Virus genome (UHGV): UHGV-0181186
DNA from: a virus
Length of the DNA stretch: 41,148 bases
Reading direction: 5' to 3' (one strand)
The position numbers and the translations under genes were made by a program. Below, piece by piece: positions 23,577 through 40,143 of the stretch. Position 1 is the first letter of the stretch, and the number at the start of each line of letters is the position of its first letter. Under the pieces are notes generated by a model, which made no database searches, was not told the origin of the DNA, and saw only the letters and a list, made by a program, of their open reading frames with translations.

Positions 23577-24923
23577 ATGAGTTCGAATATCTTCAGACTT
23601 GCTGATAGATTATTCAACCAACCTTTACTAGCCACTGAATCATTAGCTCACTCAGCAGCAACTTATGTGAATAACAGATTGCTGGGTGATGTCCAAGCAG
23701 CAGTAAACTTTGATAAACCCAAAGGTGACGCAAGAAGTCTTTTAAAAGTAAAAGATGACATTGCTATTATCCCTATTATGGGTGGTTTAACTCATCGTAT
23801 GACGTTCATTGATGCAATGTGTACAGGTGGATTAAGCTCTTATGAGGGTTTACGTAGAGGCTTTGACGAAGCTTTAGCAGATGAGTCAATCAAGACTATT
23901 GTTCTGCATATTGATTCTGGTGGTGGTGAAGCTTCAGGTTGCTTTGAATTAGCACGTCACATTATGGCTTCAAGAGGCCAAAAGAAAATTATTGCTTATG
24001 TAGATGAGTTCGCTTGTTCCGCTGCATACGCTCTTGCATCTTCTGCTGAAGAAATTATTGCATCACCAGATGCAGATGTTGGTTCTATTGGTGTAATCAT
24101 GGTTCATCAGGAATTAACTAAGGCATTTGAAAAGAATGGCGTAACAATTAACGTTATCAAAGCTGGTGAGTTTAAAGGTATGGGTTCACCATTCCAAGCA
24201 CTTTCAGAAGAAAGCAAAGAAAGACTTCAAAAGAGAATTAATGATACCTACGCAACCTTTACAGGTTTTGTAGCTGAATCACGTAATATCTCTGAAGAAG
24301 CTGTAAAGAATACTGAGGCGAATGTTTATTCTGCTCAGGAAGCTCTTGAACTTGGTTTAATTAACTCAATCATGTCTCAAGATGATTTCTTAAATTACTT
24401 ACAAGGTTCTGAAGAGGCTCCTGTAAGTTTAAACGTTAACAATTCAGGTGAAGAAATGACTGAACAAGAAAAGCAAGAACTAGAGGCTTTGCGTCTTCAG
24501 GTTGCTCAAATGAAAGCCAAAGAACAGGAAGCTGCTTTGTCAGATTTGACTAATAAGATTTCTGCTTCTGCTGAAGCTTTTGGGTTTGATGCAAAAGAAG
24601 CTGCAACGACTATTTTAGGTGCTGGTCTTGACAACCCTCTGAGTGTTCTGTTTATGAATGCTATGGAAGGTGCTAACCAGAAACTTAATGAAACTATCGC
24701 GTCCCATGCTTCTGCAATGGAAGAAAAAGAATCAGAAATTACCAAGCTGAAAGAAACTGCTGGTGCTGTTCTTGAACATTCCAACGCTATGGAAGAAGTG
24801 GGTAATGACGGCGAAGCTGATTTAGTTGAAGAAGAAAAAGAACCAGCTAAGAATGCTTCCGAAGACACCGCTGAACAACGCAAACTGGCTCTCCAGAATG
24901 CTCTAAAATCTCTTATCAAATAA
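23577..24923 (+). CDS. prohead protease (S49/ClpP-like) with C-terminal scaffold-like coiled-coil region
   Basis: Central region resembles S49/SppA peptidases (…IVLHIDSGGGEASG…YVDEFACSAAYALASSA…GSIGV…); C-terminal 150 aa is E/A/K-rich and helical. Confidence 0.7.
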   Translation: MSSNIFRLADRLFNQPLLATESLAHSAATYVNNRLLGDVQAAVNFDKPKGDARSLLKVKDDIAIIPIMGGLTHRMTFIDAMCTGGLSSYEGLRRGFDEALADESIKTIVLHIDSGGGEASGCFELARHIMASRGQKKIIAYVDEFACSAAYALASSAEEIIASPDADVGSIGVIMVHQELTKAFEKNGVTINVIKAGEFKGMGSPFQALSEESKERLQKRINDTYATFTGFVAESRNISEEAVKNTEANVYSAQEALELGLINSIMSQDDFLNYLQGSEEAPVSLNVNNSGEEMTEQEKQELEALRLQVAQMKAKEQEAALSDLTNKISASAEAFGFDAKEAATTILGAGLDNPLSVLFMNAMEGANQKLNETIASHASAMEEKESEITKLKETAGAVLEHSNAMEEVGNDGEADLVEEEKEPAKNASEDTAEQRKLALQNALKSLIK

Positions 24924-24934
24924 GGAACACAATA

Positions 24935-25312
24935 ATGGCATATCAAGGTTTTACTAAGTTAGGTAACAGAGAACCTCTGAATGATATCATTCTTTGGGAA
25001 CAAATTACCCCAACAGGCCACTCTCGTAAAGAGTACACTCCAGTTGCTTCAACAGAATACCGTGTAGGTGAAGTTCTGAAAGCAGATGGTACTAAGGTAC
25101 AAGCTGGAGAAGAAGCCCAAGCAGACTCTGTATGTATCGTTAATTTCTACGCAGACCTGCAACTGTCTTATCATGGTCAGTTAAAAGTGGTAGGTATCCA
25201 CCGTGATGCAGAACTGAAAGACCTGCTTACTCTTGAAGCGAGCGTTGATGCTGCTGCCGTCAAGACAGCTCTGGCTGCTAAAGGTATTGATTTCGTACCA
25301 ACTGGCCTGTAA
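24935..25312 (+). CDS. candidate head decoration protein
   Basis: 125-aa ORF between protease/scaffold and major capsid genes, the position of lambda-type gpD; call by synteny and size. Confidence 0.45.
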   Translation: MAYQGFTKLGNREPLNDIILWEQITPTGHSRKEYTPVASTEYRVGEVLKADGTKVQAGEEAQADSVCIVNFYADLQLSYHGQLKVVGIHRDAELKDLLTLEASVDAAAVKTALAAKGIDFVPTGL

Positions 25313-25345
25313 TAACAATAATAAGACATTCTGGAGAATTTTACA

Positions 25346-26452
25346 ATGTTGACTAATTCTGAAAAAAGCAGATTTTTCCTTGCTGACCTGACTGGTGAAG
25401 TCCAGTCTATCCCAAATACTTATGGGTATATTTCCAACTTAGGTCTGTTCCGTTCAGCACCAATCACCCAAACTACTTTCCTTATGGACTTGACTGATTG
25501 GGATGTTAGCTTGCTTGATGCGGTAGACCGCGATAGCCGTAAAGCAGAGACTAGCGCACCTGAGCGTGTTCGTCAAATCAGCTTCCCAATGATGTACTTC
25601 AAAGAAGTTGAAAGCATTACTCCTGATGAGATTCAGGGTGTACGTCAGCCAGGAACTGCAAACGAACTGACTACTGAAGCTGTAGTACGTGCTAAGAAGC
25701 TGATGAAGATTCGTACCAAGTTCGATATTACTCGTGAGTTCCTGTTTATGCAAGCTCTGAAGGGTAAAGTTGTTGATGCTCGTGGTACTCTGTATGCTGA
25801 CCTGTACAAGCAGTTCGACGTTGAGAAGAAGACTGTTTACTTCGACCTTGACAACCCTAATGCTGACATTGACGCTGCTATTGAAGAACTGCGTATGCAC
25901 ATGGAAGACGAAGCTAAGACTGGCACTGTAATCAACGGTGAAGAAATTCACGTAGTTGTTGACCGCTTATTCTTCAGCAAACTGGTTAAACACCCTAAGA
26001 TTCGTGACGCTTATCTTGCACAGCAGACTCCGCTGGCTTGGCAACAGATTACTGGTTCTCTGAGAACTGGTGGTACTGACGGCGTTCAGGCTCACATGAA
26101 CACTTTCTACTACGGTGGTGTTAAGTTTGTCCAGTACAACGGTAAGTTCAAAGACAAGCGTGGTAAGGTTCACACTCTGGTGAGCATTGATAGTGTAGCA
26201 GCAACTGTTGGTGTAGGTCATGCTTTCCCTAACGTTTCTATGCTTGGTGAAGCTAACAACATCTTCGAAGTGGCATATGGTCCATGCCCTAAGATGGGTT
26301 ATGCAAATACACTTGGTCAGGAACTGTACGTATTCGAATACGAAAAAGACCGTGACGAAGGTATTGACTTTGAAGCTCACTCTTACATGCTGCCATACTG
26401 CACACGTCCTCAGTTGCTGGTAGACGTTCGTTCTGACGCTAAACCAGACTAA
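25346..26452 (+). CDS. major capsid protein
   Basis: 368-aa ORF following protease/scaffold and decoration genes; GGAG RBS; call by size and synteny. Confidence 0.7.
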   Translation: MLTNSEKSRFFLADLTGEVQSIPNTYGYISNLGLFRSAPITQTTFLMDLTDWDVSLLDAVDRDSRKAETSAPERVRQISFPMMYFKEVESITPDEIQGVRQPGTANELTTEAVVRAKKLMKIRTKFDITREFLFMQALKGKVVDARGTLYADLYKQFDVEKKTVYFDLDNPNADIDAAIEELRMHMEDEAKTGTVINGEEIHVVVDRLFFSKLVKHPKIRDAYLAQQTPLAWQQITGSLRTGGTDGVQAHMNTFYYGGVKFVQYNGKFKDKRGKVHTLVSIDSVAATVGVGHAFPNVSMLGEANNIFEVAYGPCPKMGYANTLGQELYVFEYEKDRDEGIDFEAHSYMLPYCTRPQLLVDVRSDAKPD

Positions 26453-26473
26453 TATTCTTAAGGAGGGTTATGA

Positions 26474-26923
26474 ATGTGCTATACAGGCGACCCAGCCAAT
26501 AACCCTCTTGATAGAGTAAGAATCCTCTGCACAGACACCAATAATGATGAAATTCTTATTGAGCAGTCTGTGCTAGAGTGGTTCTATCTAGAATCTGGAA
26601 AGGATGAAAAGAAAGCAGCCATCAAAGCTCTTAAATATTTACTCTTTCAAGTAGCCAAGATGGGAGATGAGAAGGTTGGTGGTGTTTATTTACGTAACTC
26701 TTCCAGATTCAAATCTCTGAAAGCTGTTTATGACGACCTTGTTAAAAGCTCTGTTTCAGGACTACCCTATGCAGGTGGTATTAATCAGTGCGACATTGAT
26801 ATGCGTCGTCAAAATCCTTGCTCTGTCAAGAAATACACAGAATATGGTGATGCTGCCAGATACGAAGGCAGAGATTACTGCAACCGTGTTAATGGCGTAT
26901 TTATTATCGAGCGAGATGAATAA
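26474..26923 (+). CDS. hypothetical protein (head completion or connector region)
   Basis: 149-aa ORF with GGAGGG RBS. Confidence 0.5.
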   Translation: MCYTGDPANNPLDRVRILCTDTNNDEILIEQSVLEWFYLESGKDEKKAAIKALKYLLFQVAKMGDEKVGGVYLRNSSRFKSLKAVYDDLVKSSVSGLPYAGGINQCDIDMRRQNPCSVKKYTEYGDAARYEGRDYCNRVNGVFIIERDE

Positions 26924-27405
26924 TGGTTAAAAGGGTTATTCACCCCGCTAGAGCAAAATTAGTCGGGGCTATGAAGAACTTGCAAACGGCTAATGCTCAA
27001 GTTGGGTATTTTCAAGAACAAGGTCAACATAGCTCTGGTTTTTCTTATCCTGCTTTAATGTATTTACAAGAAGTTATTGGGGTTCCTTCAGCTTCTGGTA
27101 AAGTATATCGTAGGTTGTTTGAAATCACTATGATGCTAAACAGACAGACCTTGTTAGAGCAGACTAAGAAGAATCTCTATAAGCAACTTAGCAGTCTCAA
27201 CACAGACCCTTCAAATACTTTAGAAGCATTTGCAAAGAATGCTCAGAAGGCAATTAAAAGGGGTTTTGGTAATTCTGCTATCCTCCCTCCTAACGCACCT
27301 TCCACAGTCAAGAAAAAAGGCTTTAACGCACCTCTTGTTGAGACAGGTGACTTAAGAGATAACCTTGCTTATAAAATTTCTACTAAGAAGGGTATTAAGA
27401 AATGA
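26923..27405 (+). CDS. hypothetical protein (head-tail joining region)
   Basis: 160-aa ORF, translationally coupled. Confidence 0.5.
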   Translation: MVKRVIHPARAKLVGAMKNLQTANAQVGYFQEQGQHSSGFSYPALMYLQEVIGVPSASGKVYRRLFEITMMLNRQTLLEQTKKNLYKQLSSLNTDPSNTLEAFAKNAQKAIKRGFGNSAILPPNAPSTVKKKGFNAPLVETGDLRDNLAYKISTKKGIKK

Positions 27406-27803
27406 GACTCTTAAACAGACACAGCTTTGTAGTAAAGCGTAAAGTCTCTGAAGACGGTTATTACAATGATGATGGTGATTGGGTAGCTTCACAAGATATT
27501 GTAGAGGTTAACTGCAAAGGTAATATCCAGCCATATATCAAAGGTTCTGTAAAGAACGGTACACAGATTGCTTTACCGGAAGGTATCAGGCTTACCGATA
27601 CAAGAATCCTGTATACTACATATAAACTTAGAACTTCAGATGATGTAGAGTGGAATGAGTCTGACATTGTTATGATTGATGGTCATGAGTATGAAGTATT
27701 TATGACTATGGATTGGTCACAGCAATTAGCCCATACATCCCATTATGAATATATCATTATTAGAAGGGATAAAATGAATGCAGTTAGAAACAGCAGAACT
27801 TGA
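27402..27803 (+). CDS. hypothetical protein (head-tail joining region)
   Basis: 133-aa ORF, ATGA overlap. Confidence 0.5.
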   Translation: MRLLNRHSFVVKRKVSEDGYYNDDGDWVASQDIVEVNCKGNIQPYIKGSVKNGTQIALPEGIRLTDTRILYTTYKLRTSDDVEWNESDIVMIDGHEYEVFMTMDWSQQLAHTSHYEYIIIRRDKMNAVRNSRT

Positions 27804-28377
27804 AAAAGGTCTAGTTAGAACCTTAGTGGATGTTATTGGTCACAGACTAGCTCGTGATAAAAATAATAGACCAAATGTAATTAGAGCTTACCCTTCTGAT
27901 AACTCAAATGACAAAGGTTTAAAACCTGACCAGCCATTTATTACCGTATATTGTCAAGATGCTGCAACACCTTATGGTTGGGTTCTTGATAAGTTTGTTG
28001 AGGATGATGTAGTTTGCTACAGAATTGCTTTTCAGATTCCAGTATTAATTACGGTAAATGGTAAAGGTGCTCACAGTATTATGCTTGAGCTTAAACAACG
28101 ATTAGAGATGAGTTCAGTCAGAGATTTAATTCTTGAAGAGACAGGAGCTACAGTTTTAGACACTGGAGCTATCCCGAATGACTATACCTATCTCAATACA
28201 GATTTCGAAAATTCTGCGCCTCTTGTTGTAACTCTTGTAAAAAATTCAGTCCTGAAAGATGAACGTGGGGGAATTATTGAACGTGTCATTGTTGATGGTG
28301 AATTAGTTTACGAAGAAGGACAAGAGCCACCAGAATATACTATCCATCTAGATGTAGACTCCAAAGGGGTAAAATAA
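27778..28377 (+). CDS. hypothetical protein (tail completion region)
   Basis: 199-aa ORF. Confidence 0.5.
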   Translation: MQLETAELEKGLVRTLVDVIGHRLARDKNNRPNVIRAYPSDNSNDKGLKPDQPFITVYCQDAATPYGWVLDKFVEDDVVCYRIAFQIPVLITVNGKGAHSIMLELKQRLEMSSVRDLILEETGATVLDTGAIPNDYTYLNTDFENSAPLVVTLVKNSVLKDERGGIIERVIVDGELVYEEGQEPPEYTIHLDVDSKGVK

Positions 28378-29730
28378 ATGTGGAATCCAATTGTTAATGT
28401 AGATATTACATTGAACACCGCAGGAACTACAAGAGAAGGTTTTGGGCTACCACTATTTTTAGCTTCAACAGATAACTTTGAAGAAAGAGTCCGTGGTTAC
28501 ACTTCCTTAACTGAAGTTGCTGAAGATTTCGATGAAAACTCTGCTGCATATAAGGCTGCTAAACAACTTTGGAGTCAGACTCCTAAAGTAACTCAGCTTT
28601 ATATTGGTAGACGTGCTATGCAGTACACTGTATCAATTCCTGATGAGGTTACTGAGAGCACCGACTATTCTTTAACTGTAGCTGTGAGCGGTGGAGTTTC
28701 TCAGCCATTCCAGTACACTTCACAGTCAGAAGATACTGCTGAGAAGGTGCTACAGCAGCTTAAAACTCAGATTGAAGCAGAGCCTTCTGTAAAAGACCTT
28801 GTTACCGTCAATGTAACTGGTGCTGGTGGTTCAGCAACAATGGTAATCACCAAAGCGGGTGACAATGACTTCGTGAAGGTTACCACTACAGCACAAACAG
28901 TGTCAATTGCAAGTACAACTGCTGACACAGCATCGACTGCTCTGGCAGCTATTGAGGCTTATTCAACTGACTGGTATTTCATTGCAGCAGAAGATAGAAC
29001 TCAACAGTTTGTCTTAGCAATGGCTTCTGAGATTCAAGCTCGTAAGAAGATTTTCTTTACAGCTAACTCTGATGTAACAGCCCTACAAGGTACAGAATTA
29101 GCCAGTGCAAATGATGTTCCAGCACAGCTTGCTAAGAGTCAGTACACTCGTACCGTTTGCTTGTGGCATCACACAGCAGCAGAAGACTATCCAGAGATGG
29201 CATACATTGCTTATGGCGCTCCGTATGATGCAGGTTCAATTGCTTGGGGTAACGCACAGTTAACTGGCGTAGCTGCTTCTCTACAGCCATCTAATCAGAG
29301 ACCTCTGACAAGTATTCAGAAGTCAGCTTTAGATGCACGTCACTGTAACTTTATTGACCTTGATGGTGGTGTTCCAGTGGTTCGTAGAGGGATTACTTCT
29401 GGTGGGGAATGGATTGATATCGTCCGTGGTGTTGACTGGTTAGAATCAGACCTGAAAACTTCTCTGAGAGACTTGCTAATTAACCAGAAGGGTGGTAAGA
29501 TTACTTATGATGATACTGGTATTACCCGTATTCGTCAAGTCATTGAAACCTCTCTGCAAAGAGCAGTCAACAGAAACTTCCTGTCATCTTACACAGTTAA
29601 TGTTCCTAAAGCCTCTCAAGTTGCTTTGGCAGACAAGAAAGCTCGTATCCTGAAAGACGTTACCTTCTCAGGTATCTTAGCAGGGGCTATCTTGGATGTT
29701 GACTTGAAAGGTACAGTGGCTTACGAATAA
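28378..29730 (+). CDS. probable tail sheath protein
   Basis: 450-aa ORF immediately upstream of a roughly 150-aa tube-sized ORF, chaperone pair and tape measure gene; call by synteny. Confidence 0.5.
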   Translation: MWNPIVNVDITLNTAGTTREGFGLPLFLASTDNFEERVRGYTSLTEVAEDFDENSAAYKAAKQLWSQTPKVTQLYIGRRAMQYTVSIPDEVTESTDYSLTVAVSGGVSQPFQYTSQSEDTAEKVLQQLKTQIEAEPSVKDLVTVNVTGAGGSATMVITKAGDNDFVKVTTTAQTVSIASTTADTASTALAAIEAYSTDWYFIAAEDRTQQFVLAMASEIQARKKIFFTANSDVTALQGTELASANDVPAQLAKSQYTRTVCLWHHTAAEDYPEMAYIAYGAPYDAGSIAWGNAQLTGVAASLQPSNQRPLTSIQKSALDARHCNFIDLDGGVPVVRRGITSGGEWIDIVRGVDWLESDLKTSLRDLLINQKGGKITYDDTGITRIRQVIETSLQRAVNRNFLSSYTVNVPKASQVALADKKARILKDVTFSGILAGAILDVDLKGTVAYE

Positions 29731-29745
29731 TAGAGGTAAATTGGA

Positions 29746-30192
29746 ATGGCTATGTATCAGCAATATTCCCCTAAAGACGTTGTGTGTAGCTGGAATGGTA
29801 TTGCCATTGAAGGCTTTGCCCCAGACTCATTCTTACGTCTACAGAGAACATCACCACTTGTGACACCAGTTGTAGGTGCAGGTGGTCAAGTTGCTCTGAC
29901 AAGAAATGCAGACAAGACAGGTACTATTGAGATTGAGCTAATGCAGACTTCTCTCTCTAACCAGATGCTTTCTGCAATTCAAGCTAAACAAGACAATATG
30001 GAACTTGAAGAAGATATCTCTTCTAACTTCGTAATCTACGACCCATCAGGCTCTGTTCTGGCAACTGGTATTAATGCTTGGTTGCAGGAATTACCGCAGA
30101 TTGAACTTGGTCGTGACCAGAACTCTAAAACTTGGATTTTTGGTTGTGAGAAGCTAGACTACACTTCTACAATTCCAGCGTCAAGTGTTTAA
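29746..30192 (+). CDS. probable tail tube protein
   Basis: 148-aa ORF after the sheath candidate; followed by a terminator-like hairpin. Confidence 0.5.
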   Translation: MAMYQQYSPKDVVCSWNGIAIEGFAPDSFLRLQRTSPLVTPVVGAGGQVALTRNADKTGTIEIELMQTSLSNQMLSAIQAKQDNMELEEDISSNFVIYDPSGSVLATGINAWLQELPQIELGRDQNSKTWIFGCEKLDYTSTIPASSV

Positions 30193-30204
30193 TAAATCCT
30201 ATAA

Positions 30205-30238
30205 GGGGGAGACTTTAAAAGGTCTTCCCCTTTTTTGT
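30205..30238 (+). terminator. intrinsic terminator or attenuator
   Basis: gggggagac-tttaaaag-gtcttcccc hairpin followed by TTTTTTGTTT. Confidence 0.6.
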
Positions 30239-30265
30239 TTCTTTTAAAAGTATTAAGGAATCACA

Positions 30266-30664
30266 ATGAAAACAGAATCTAGAGTAATTAATGGTAAGAA
30301 AGTAAATATCGTTCTGCTTGGGGCAAGAGATGGTATTAAGATGTCTATGAAGTTGGGTAAAATTGTTGTTCCAACCTTTGCACAGATGCTGTCAAGTCTG
30401 ACTGATAAAGACAAGAAAGAAGCTCCAATGGTTCCATTTAAAGAACTTGTTGAAGCTTGTTTTGACAGAATTGAAGAAATTAACCTTGAAGAAATGGCTA
30501 CATTACTATTTCAAGGGGCAACTGTCGATGACTTCCCACTTAATATTGATACGTACTTCCAAGCAAACTACGGTGAGTTTATTGATTACTTAGCATTTGC
30601 GCTGGAGGCAAACTTCGGAAGTTTTTTCGAAGCAAGCATTTTCAAAAGCCTAACTTCTCAGTAA
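30266..30664 (+). CDS. tail assembly chaperone
   Basis: 132-aa acidic ORF directly upstream of the tape measure gene; contains a T TTT TTC slippery heptamer near its 3' end. Confidence 0.55.
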   Translation: MKTESRVINGKKVNIVLLGARDGIKMSMKLGKIVVPTFAQMLSSLTDKDKKEAPMVPFKELVEACFDRIEEINLEEMATLLFQGATVDDFPLNIDTYFQANYGEFIDYLAFALEANFGSFFEASIFKSLTSQ

Positions 30665-30905
30665 ACATGGGTAACACTCTACAGACACCACTAACTGATG
30701 CTGCTGTAGAGGCAACCTATGAAGAAGCAGACGAGATGAAATTTGTGCTTGCTATTTATGGTATGGAAGGGTGTAAAGAAACACTTGACCAACTCTTTGC
30801 TATGACATTCTCTGATTTATTATCATTGAGACAATTTCTTGAGATTCAGAGGTCGTATAAAGAGGAAATTGCTTACAACGAACTTAGAAGAGCAGGAAAA
30901 ATGTA

Positions 30906-30906
<1 letters not shown>
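30622..30906 (+). CDS. candidate -1 frameshift extension of the tail assembly chaperone
   Basis: A -1 shift at T_TTT_TTC (30622-30628) enters the frame of ORF 30667-30906 with no intervening stop; the ORF ends at the tape measure start. Confidence 0.4.
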
Positions 30907-36290
<5,384 letters not shown>

Positions 36291-36291
<1 letters not shown>

Positions 36292-37760
36292 TGGCAGGAT
36301 TAACTACAACCGGATTACAAACTCTAAGATATCAGGAAATTTTTGATAATATCAAATCAAGACTTCTTAGAGATATTTCACCCAACCTTGACGTTTCTGA
36401 AGATAGCCAATTAGGACTCTTCCTAGCTTCAATTGCAAGGTCTTTAGCAGATACTCATGAGATTCTATCAGAAATCTACGATGGGGGTACAATTGATAAG
36501 GCTGAAGGCTTTAACCTTGATGATATTACAGCTTTAAATGCGGTATACAGATATGTTGCTCAGGCAACAAGAGGTCAAGTTGAGTTTACTGGAACGACTG
36601 GTGCTACCATTCCTTCAACAACAAGATTAAGAAGTACTGCCGGAAACATCTTTTATCCAGTTAATAACATTACCCTTACTCCATCATATTGTGTTGAAGC
36701 TATCCTTGAAGTTAACTCTTTACGAACTGATGCAGATTATGTTATTATTATTGATAACGTCATTTTCTCATATAAACCAACCTCATTAGACACAATCACC
36801 ACGCTGCTAACAAAATTAGCAGAAGCTATTAATGGTGGTATTGTAGCAAAAGCAGAAGTCATTAATGATGGAGCCGCACTAAGAGTCTATAAAGACGAGG
36901 GTGATATCATTGCAAGAACAAACCCTATGGTTGTCACTGCAACAACGTTTCTAACCTTTACAAAAATTACAACTATTTCAGATGTAGTAGCTGAAGAGGT
37001 TGGTGCTACACCTGCTTTGGCTGGTACGCTTATTGAGATTGAGACAACTGTTGATGGTCTTGACAGTATTTATAACAGGTATGACTTAACAACTGGTAGA
37101 AACGAAGAAACTGACACAGAACTTAGACAGAGATATTTAGAATCTTTAGCAGTTACTGGTGTAGGGACTTTGGATGCAATTGTAGCTGCTGTTAAAAGAG
37201 TTCAAGGTGTCTCAGATGCTTCAGGTGTTGAGAATGATACTGAAGAGACAAGCTCAGAAGGTCTTCCACCAAAATCTTTTAAGATTGTTGTAGTTGGTGG
37301 TCAAAATGATAATGTTGCTCAAGCAATCTGGGATACAAAACCTGCTGGTATTAGGGCTTATGGCTCAATTTTTGGTACAGCCCATGATTTAGGTGGTTTG
37401 GCACATAATATTTATTTTAGCAGACCAACACCAAAATACGCATTTGTTAAAGTCTCTTACTCTTTATATGATGAAGAAAGCTTGACAATCCCTGAAGAGG
37501 ATATCAGAGACAGTATTGTACAAGGTATTAATGCTTATGGGAGAACTCTTAAGGTTGGTAATGATGTTATCCCTAACAGAATCTATGGATATATCTATGA
37601 CGTAATTAAAGGTATTGAGATTAATGAGGTTAAAGTAGCCTTATCAAACAGCCAATCAGTTCCACCTAGTGACGGGCAGTATACTACAGCAAGAATTACT
37701 GTTGACGGTGACCAATATACTGTTTGGGAAAGCAGCCAGTATACCATCACTAAGGAGTAA
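36291..37760 (+). CDS. probable baseplate wedge protein (gpJ-like)
   Basis: 489-aa ORF; order spike / small / large / 284-aa matches the V-W-J-I baseplate module. Confidence 0.5.
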
Positions 37761-37762
37761 TA

Positions 37763-38617
37763 ATGTTTGAAAAGATTGATAGTGTTTATTACAAAACACT
37801 TGATGAAAGGACTGTAACACAGTTTAAAGATAAATTTATCTACACAAGTATCTTGAAAGCAATCACTGATGAATTACAAACTCTAGAGGATGTTTGCTGG
37901 CAGATGCACACAGAGAGAAATATCAGGACGTCAGTAGGCCAACAACTTGATAATATTGGCTCACTGATTAAAGTTCCTAGACCTTTAGGTGCAGATGATG
38001 AAACATATAGAGCTATGCTTTATATCCAAATCTTCCTAAGACGCTCTGACACTACTCCAACATTCTTGCAAAAAGCAATTATGACACTATATGGTGCAAC
38101 TTTCTCTCAGATTTTTGAGCATATTACTCCTAAGACTGGTGGTATCGTTATCCGTATCAACACTAGAAAAAGCGTTCTAGATGCTGCATATACACTATCA
38201 AAGATTTCTGCAACAACTACTGGCTCCGCTGTTATCTTAAGAGATGTTACTTTAAATGGGACTGCTTGGACACCTGTAGAGGTTGCTGATTCATCACTTG
38301 CTATTGTTGATGATAAAGAGAACTGGTTTGTAACTGATGCTAACAGGGGTCTGGTAACAAATAACACTGGTGGCTCTCTGGAGTCCAACCTAGTAGGGAG
38401 TCTTGCAGATGCTGGTGTTATTGATGGTTACTTTAAGGTTGACAGAACAGCAAACCCACAGAGCGATGATTATATGACTGTAGATAGGTCCAATAATAGT
38501 GGCTATTTCATTGCTGGTAAAGAAGCTATTGCAGGTGGTGCATATGGAATCATGGCTGAGGTTGCACAAATTGTCAAAGGCAGAAAAGATAAATCACAAC
38601 AAGAAGGAAATTCTTAA
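37763..38617 (+). CDS. probable baseplate protein (gpI-like position)
   Basis: 284-aa ORF after the J-like gene. Confidence 0.45.
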   Translation: MFEKIDSVYYKTLDERTVTQFKDKFIYTSILKAITDELQTLEDVCWQMHTERNIRTSVGQQLDNIGSLIKVPRPLGADDETYRAMLYIQIFLRRSDTTPTFLQKAIMTLYGATFSQIFEHITPKTGGIVIRINTRKSVLDAAYTLSKISATTTGSAVILRDVTLNGTAWTPVEVADSSLAIVDDKENWFVTDANRGLVTNNTGGSLESNLVGSLADAGVIDGYFKVDRTANPQSDDYMTVDRSNNSGYFIAGKEAIAGGAYGIMAEVAQIVKGRKDKSQQEGNS

Positions 38618-38919
38618 TGGCAGTTCTAAATTGGTCTACAAACGAAGTAGATACTGATGGTAATCAGTTAAAAGTTTTACCACCACCGGAAGTTCAAGAG
38701 ACAGGTCTTTTAAAGGGTGAGCCTATGGGTAGACAGTGGTTCAACTATATTATCAACTACCTGCTGAATAAAGTAAATGGCACTGTTGGTGAAGTTCGTT
38801 CATATGCAACTGAGCAACCAGATTTAGTGGCTAATGGCTGGAATCTCATTAAGTCTGAGACAGGGACTGCATCAACAAGTACAAGAAACCTTTACACATA
38901 TGAATATGTAGGAGCTTAA
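38617..38919 (+). CDS. hypothetical protein
   Basis: 100-aa ORF between baseplate and fibre genes. Confidence 0.45.
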   Translation: MAVLNWSTNEVDTDGNQLKVLPPPEVQETGLLKGEPMGRQWFNYIINYLLNKVNGTVGEVRSYATEQPDLVANGWNLIKSETGTASTSTRNLYTYEYVGA

Positions 38920-38921
38920 TA

Positions 38922-40097
38922 ATGGCAGTAGGTGAAATTCAAATTAGTGCCTTGCCACAAGCGGCCTTACCAGTTGATTTGAGTGATATCTTCCACCTTA
39001 AGCAAGGTGTTGAGGATAAAAGATGTACGCTTGAGCAGTTGTTAGCACCTCACGCATCTTTGAGGAATAACCCTCATGGTGTAACTAAATCACAAGTAGG
39101 TCTTGATAATGTTATTAACTCTCTTCAATTAGTTGCAGCTAATAACTTGTCAGATATTGTAAGTGTTGCTGAGGCAAGAGCAAATCTACAAATTATGTCG
39201 TCAGAGGAAGTGAATAACTTAATTCAGCAACATATTGACGACAAAAGTAACCCACACAATACAACGAAAGCACAGGTTGGTTTAAGTAATGTTCAGAACT
39301 GGACAACATCTAATCTGTACAATGAAGATGCTGATAAGTATGCTACCGCGAAAGCAGTTAATAATTTATACAAAGCTATCCAAGCGTCATATCCAGTAGG
39401 GACTATTCATCTATCTGTTAACTCTGCTAACCCATCCACTTACTTGCTTTGTGGAGGTACTTGGGAGTTAGTTTCTAAAGGTAGAGCACTAGTTGGTTAT
39501 GATACAGATTCTAGACCTGTTGGTTCAACGTTTGGTTCTCAGACTGTAGCATTAACAAATAATAATTTACCAGCACATACTCACTCTATCTATCTAACAG
39601 GTGGTGGTCATACACACTCTGCAAGTGTATCTATCTCTAGTTTTGATTATGGTTCAAAAAGTACATCAACTTTTGATTACGGTACAAAAACGACTAATAG
39701 TGCTGGTGCTCACACTCACACGTTTAGTGGCACAACAAGTAATGCTGGTAACCACAACCATAGAGTCCCTATGAGGGGTAATGATAGGGGTGGCACAAAC
39801 GCTATTACTGCATCTGCTGATGCTGGTGTTGGTAATGCTATGTATACTGATTTAGCTGGTGCTCACACCCATAGCTTCTCAGGTACAACTGCATCATCTG
39901 GTGCTCATAGCCATACTGTCGCAATTGGTGCTCACAGCCACACTGTTAATATTGGTTCGCACAGTCATACAGGCACTGTTACTGTTTCTAGCTCTGAGCA
40001 TACACACTCAGGGACATCTGGTTCTGTTGGTGGTGGTCAAGCTTTCAGTGTTGAGCAGCCATCTTTTGTAGTGTATGTGTGGCAGAGAACAGCTTAA
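38922..40097 (+). CDS. tail fibre protein with C-terminal His-rich HxH repeats
   Basis: 391 aa; repeated GxHxH / (T/S)HxH units (…GGHTHSASV…GAHTHTFSGTTSNAGNHNHRV…GAHTHSFSGTTASSGAHSHTVAIGAHSHTVNIGSHSHTG…SSEHTHSG…). Confidence 0.65.
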   Translation: MAVGEIQISALPQAALPVDLSDIFHLKQGVEDKRCTLEQLLAPHASLRNNPHGVTKSQVGLDNVINSLQLVAANNLSDIVSVAEARANLQIMSSEEVNNLIQQHIDDKSNPHNTTKAQVGLSNVQNWTTSNLYNEDADKYATAKAVNNLYKAIQASYPVGTIHLSVNSANPSTYLLCGGTWELVSKGRALVGYDTDSRPVGSTFGSQTVALTNNNLPAHTHSIYLTGGGHTHSASVSISSFDYGSKSTSTFDYGTKTTNSAGAHTHTFSGTTSNAGNHNHRVPMRGNDRGGTNAITASADAGVGNAMYTDLAGAHTHSFSGTTASSGAHSHTVAIGAHSHTVNIGSHSHTGTVTVSSSEHTHSGTSGSVGGGQAFSVEQPSFVVYVWQRTA

Positions 40098-40106
40098 TTT
40101 CTTTAC

Positions 40107-40127
40107 AGGGGCTATAAAGCCCCTTTT
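40107..40127 (+). terminator. hairpin with T-run between fibre genes
   Basis: ggggctataaagcccc followed by TTTT. Confidence 0.45.
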
Positions 40128-40143
40128 AAGAGGAAAATTCATA

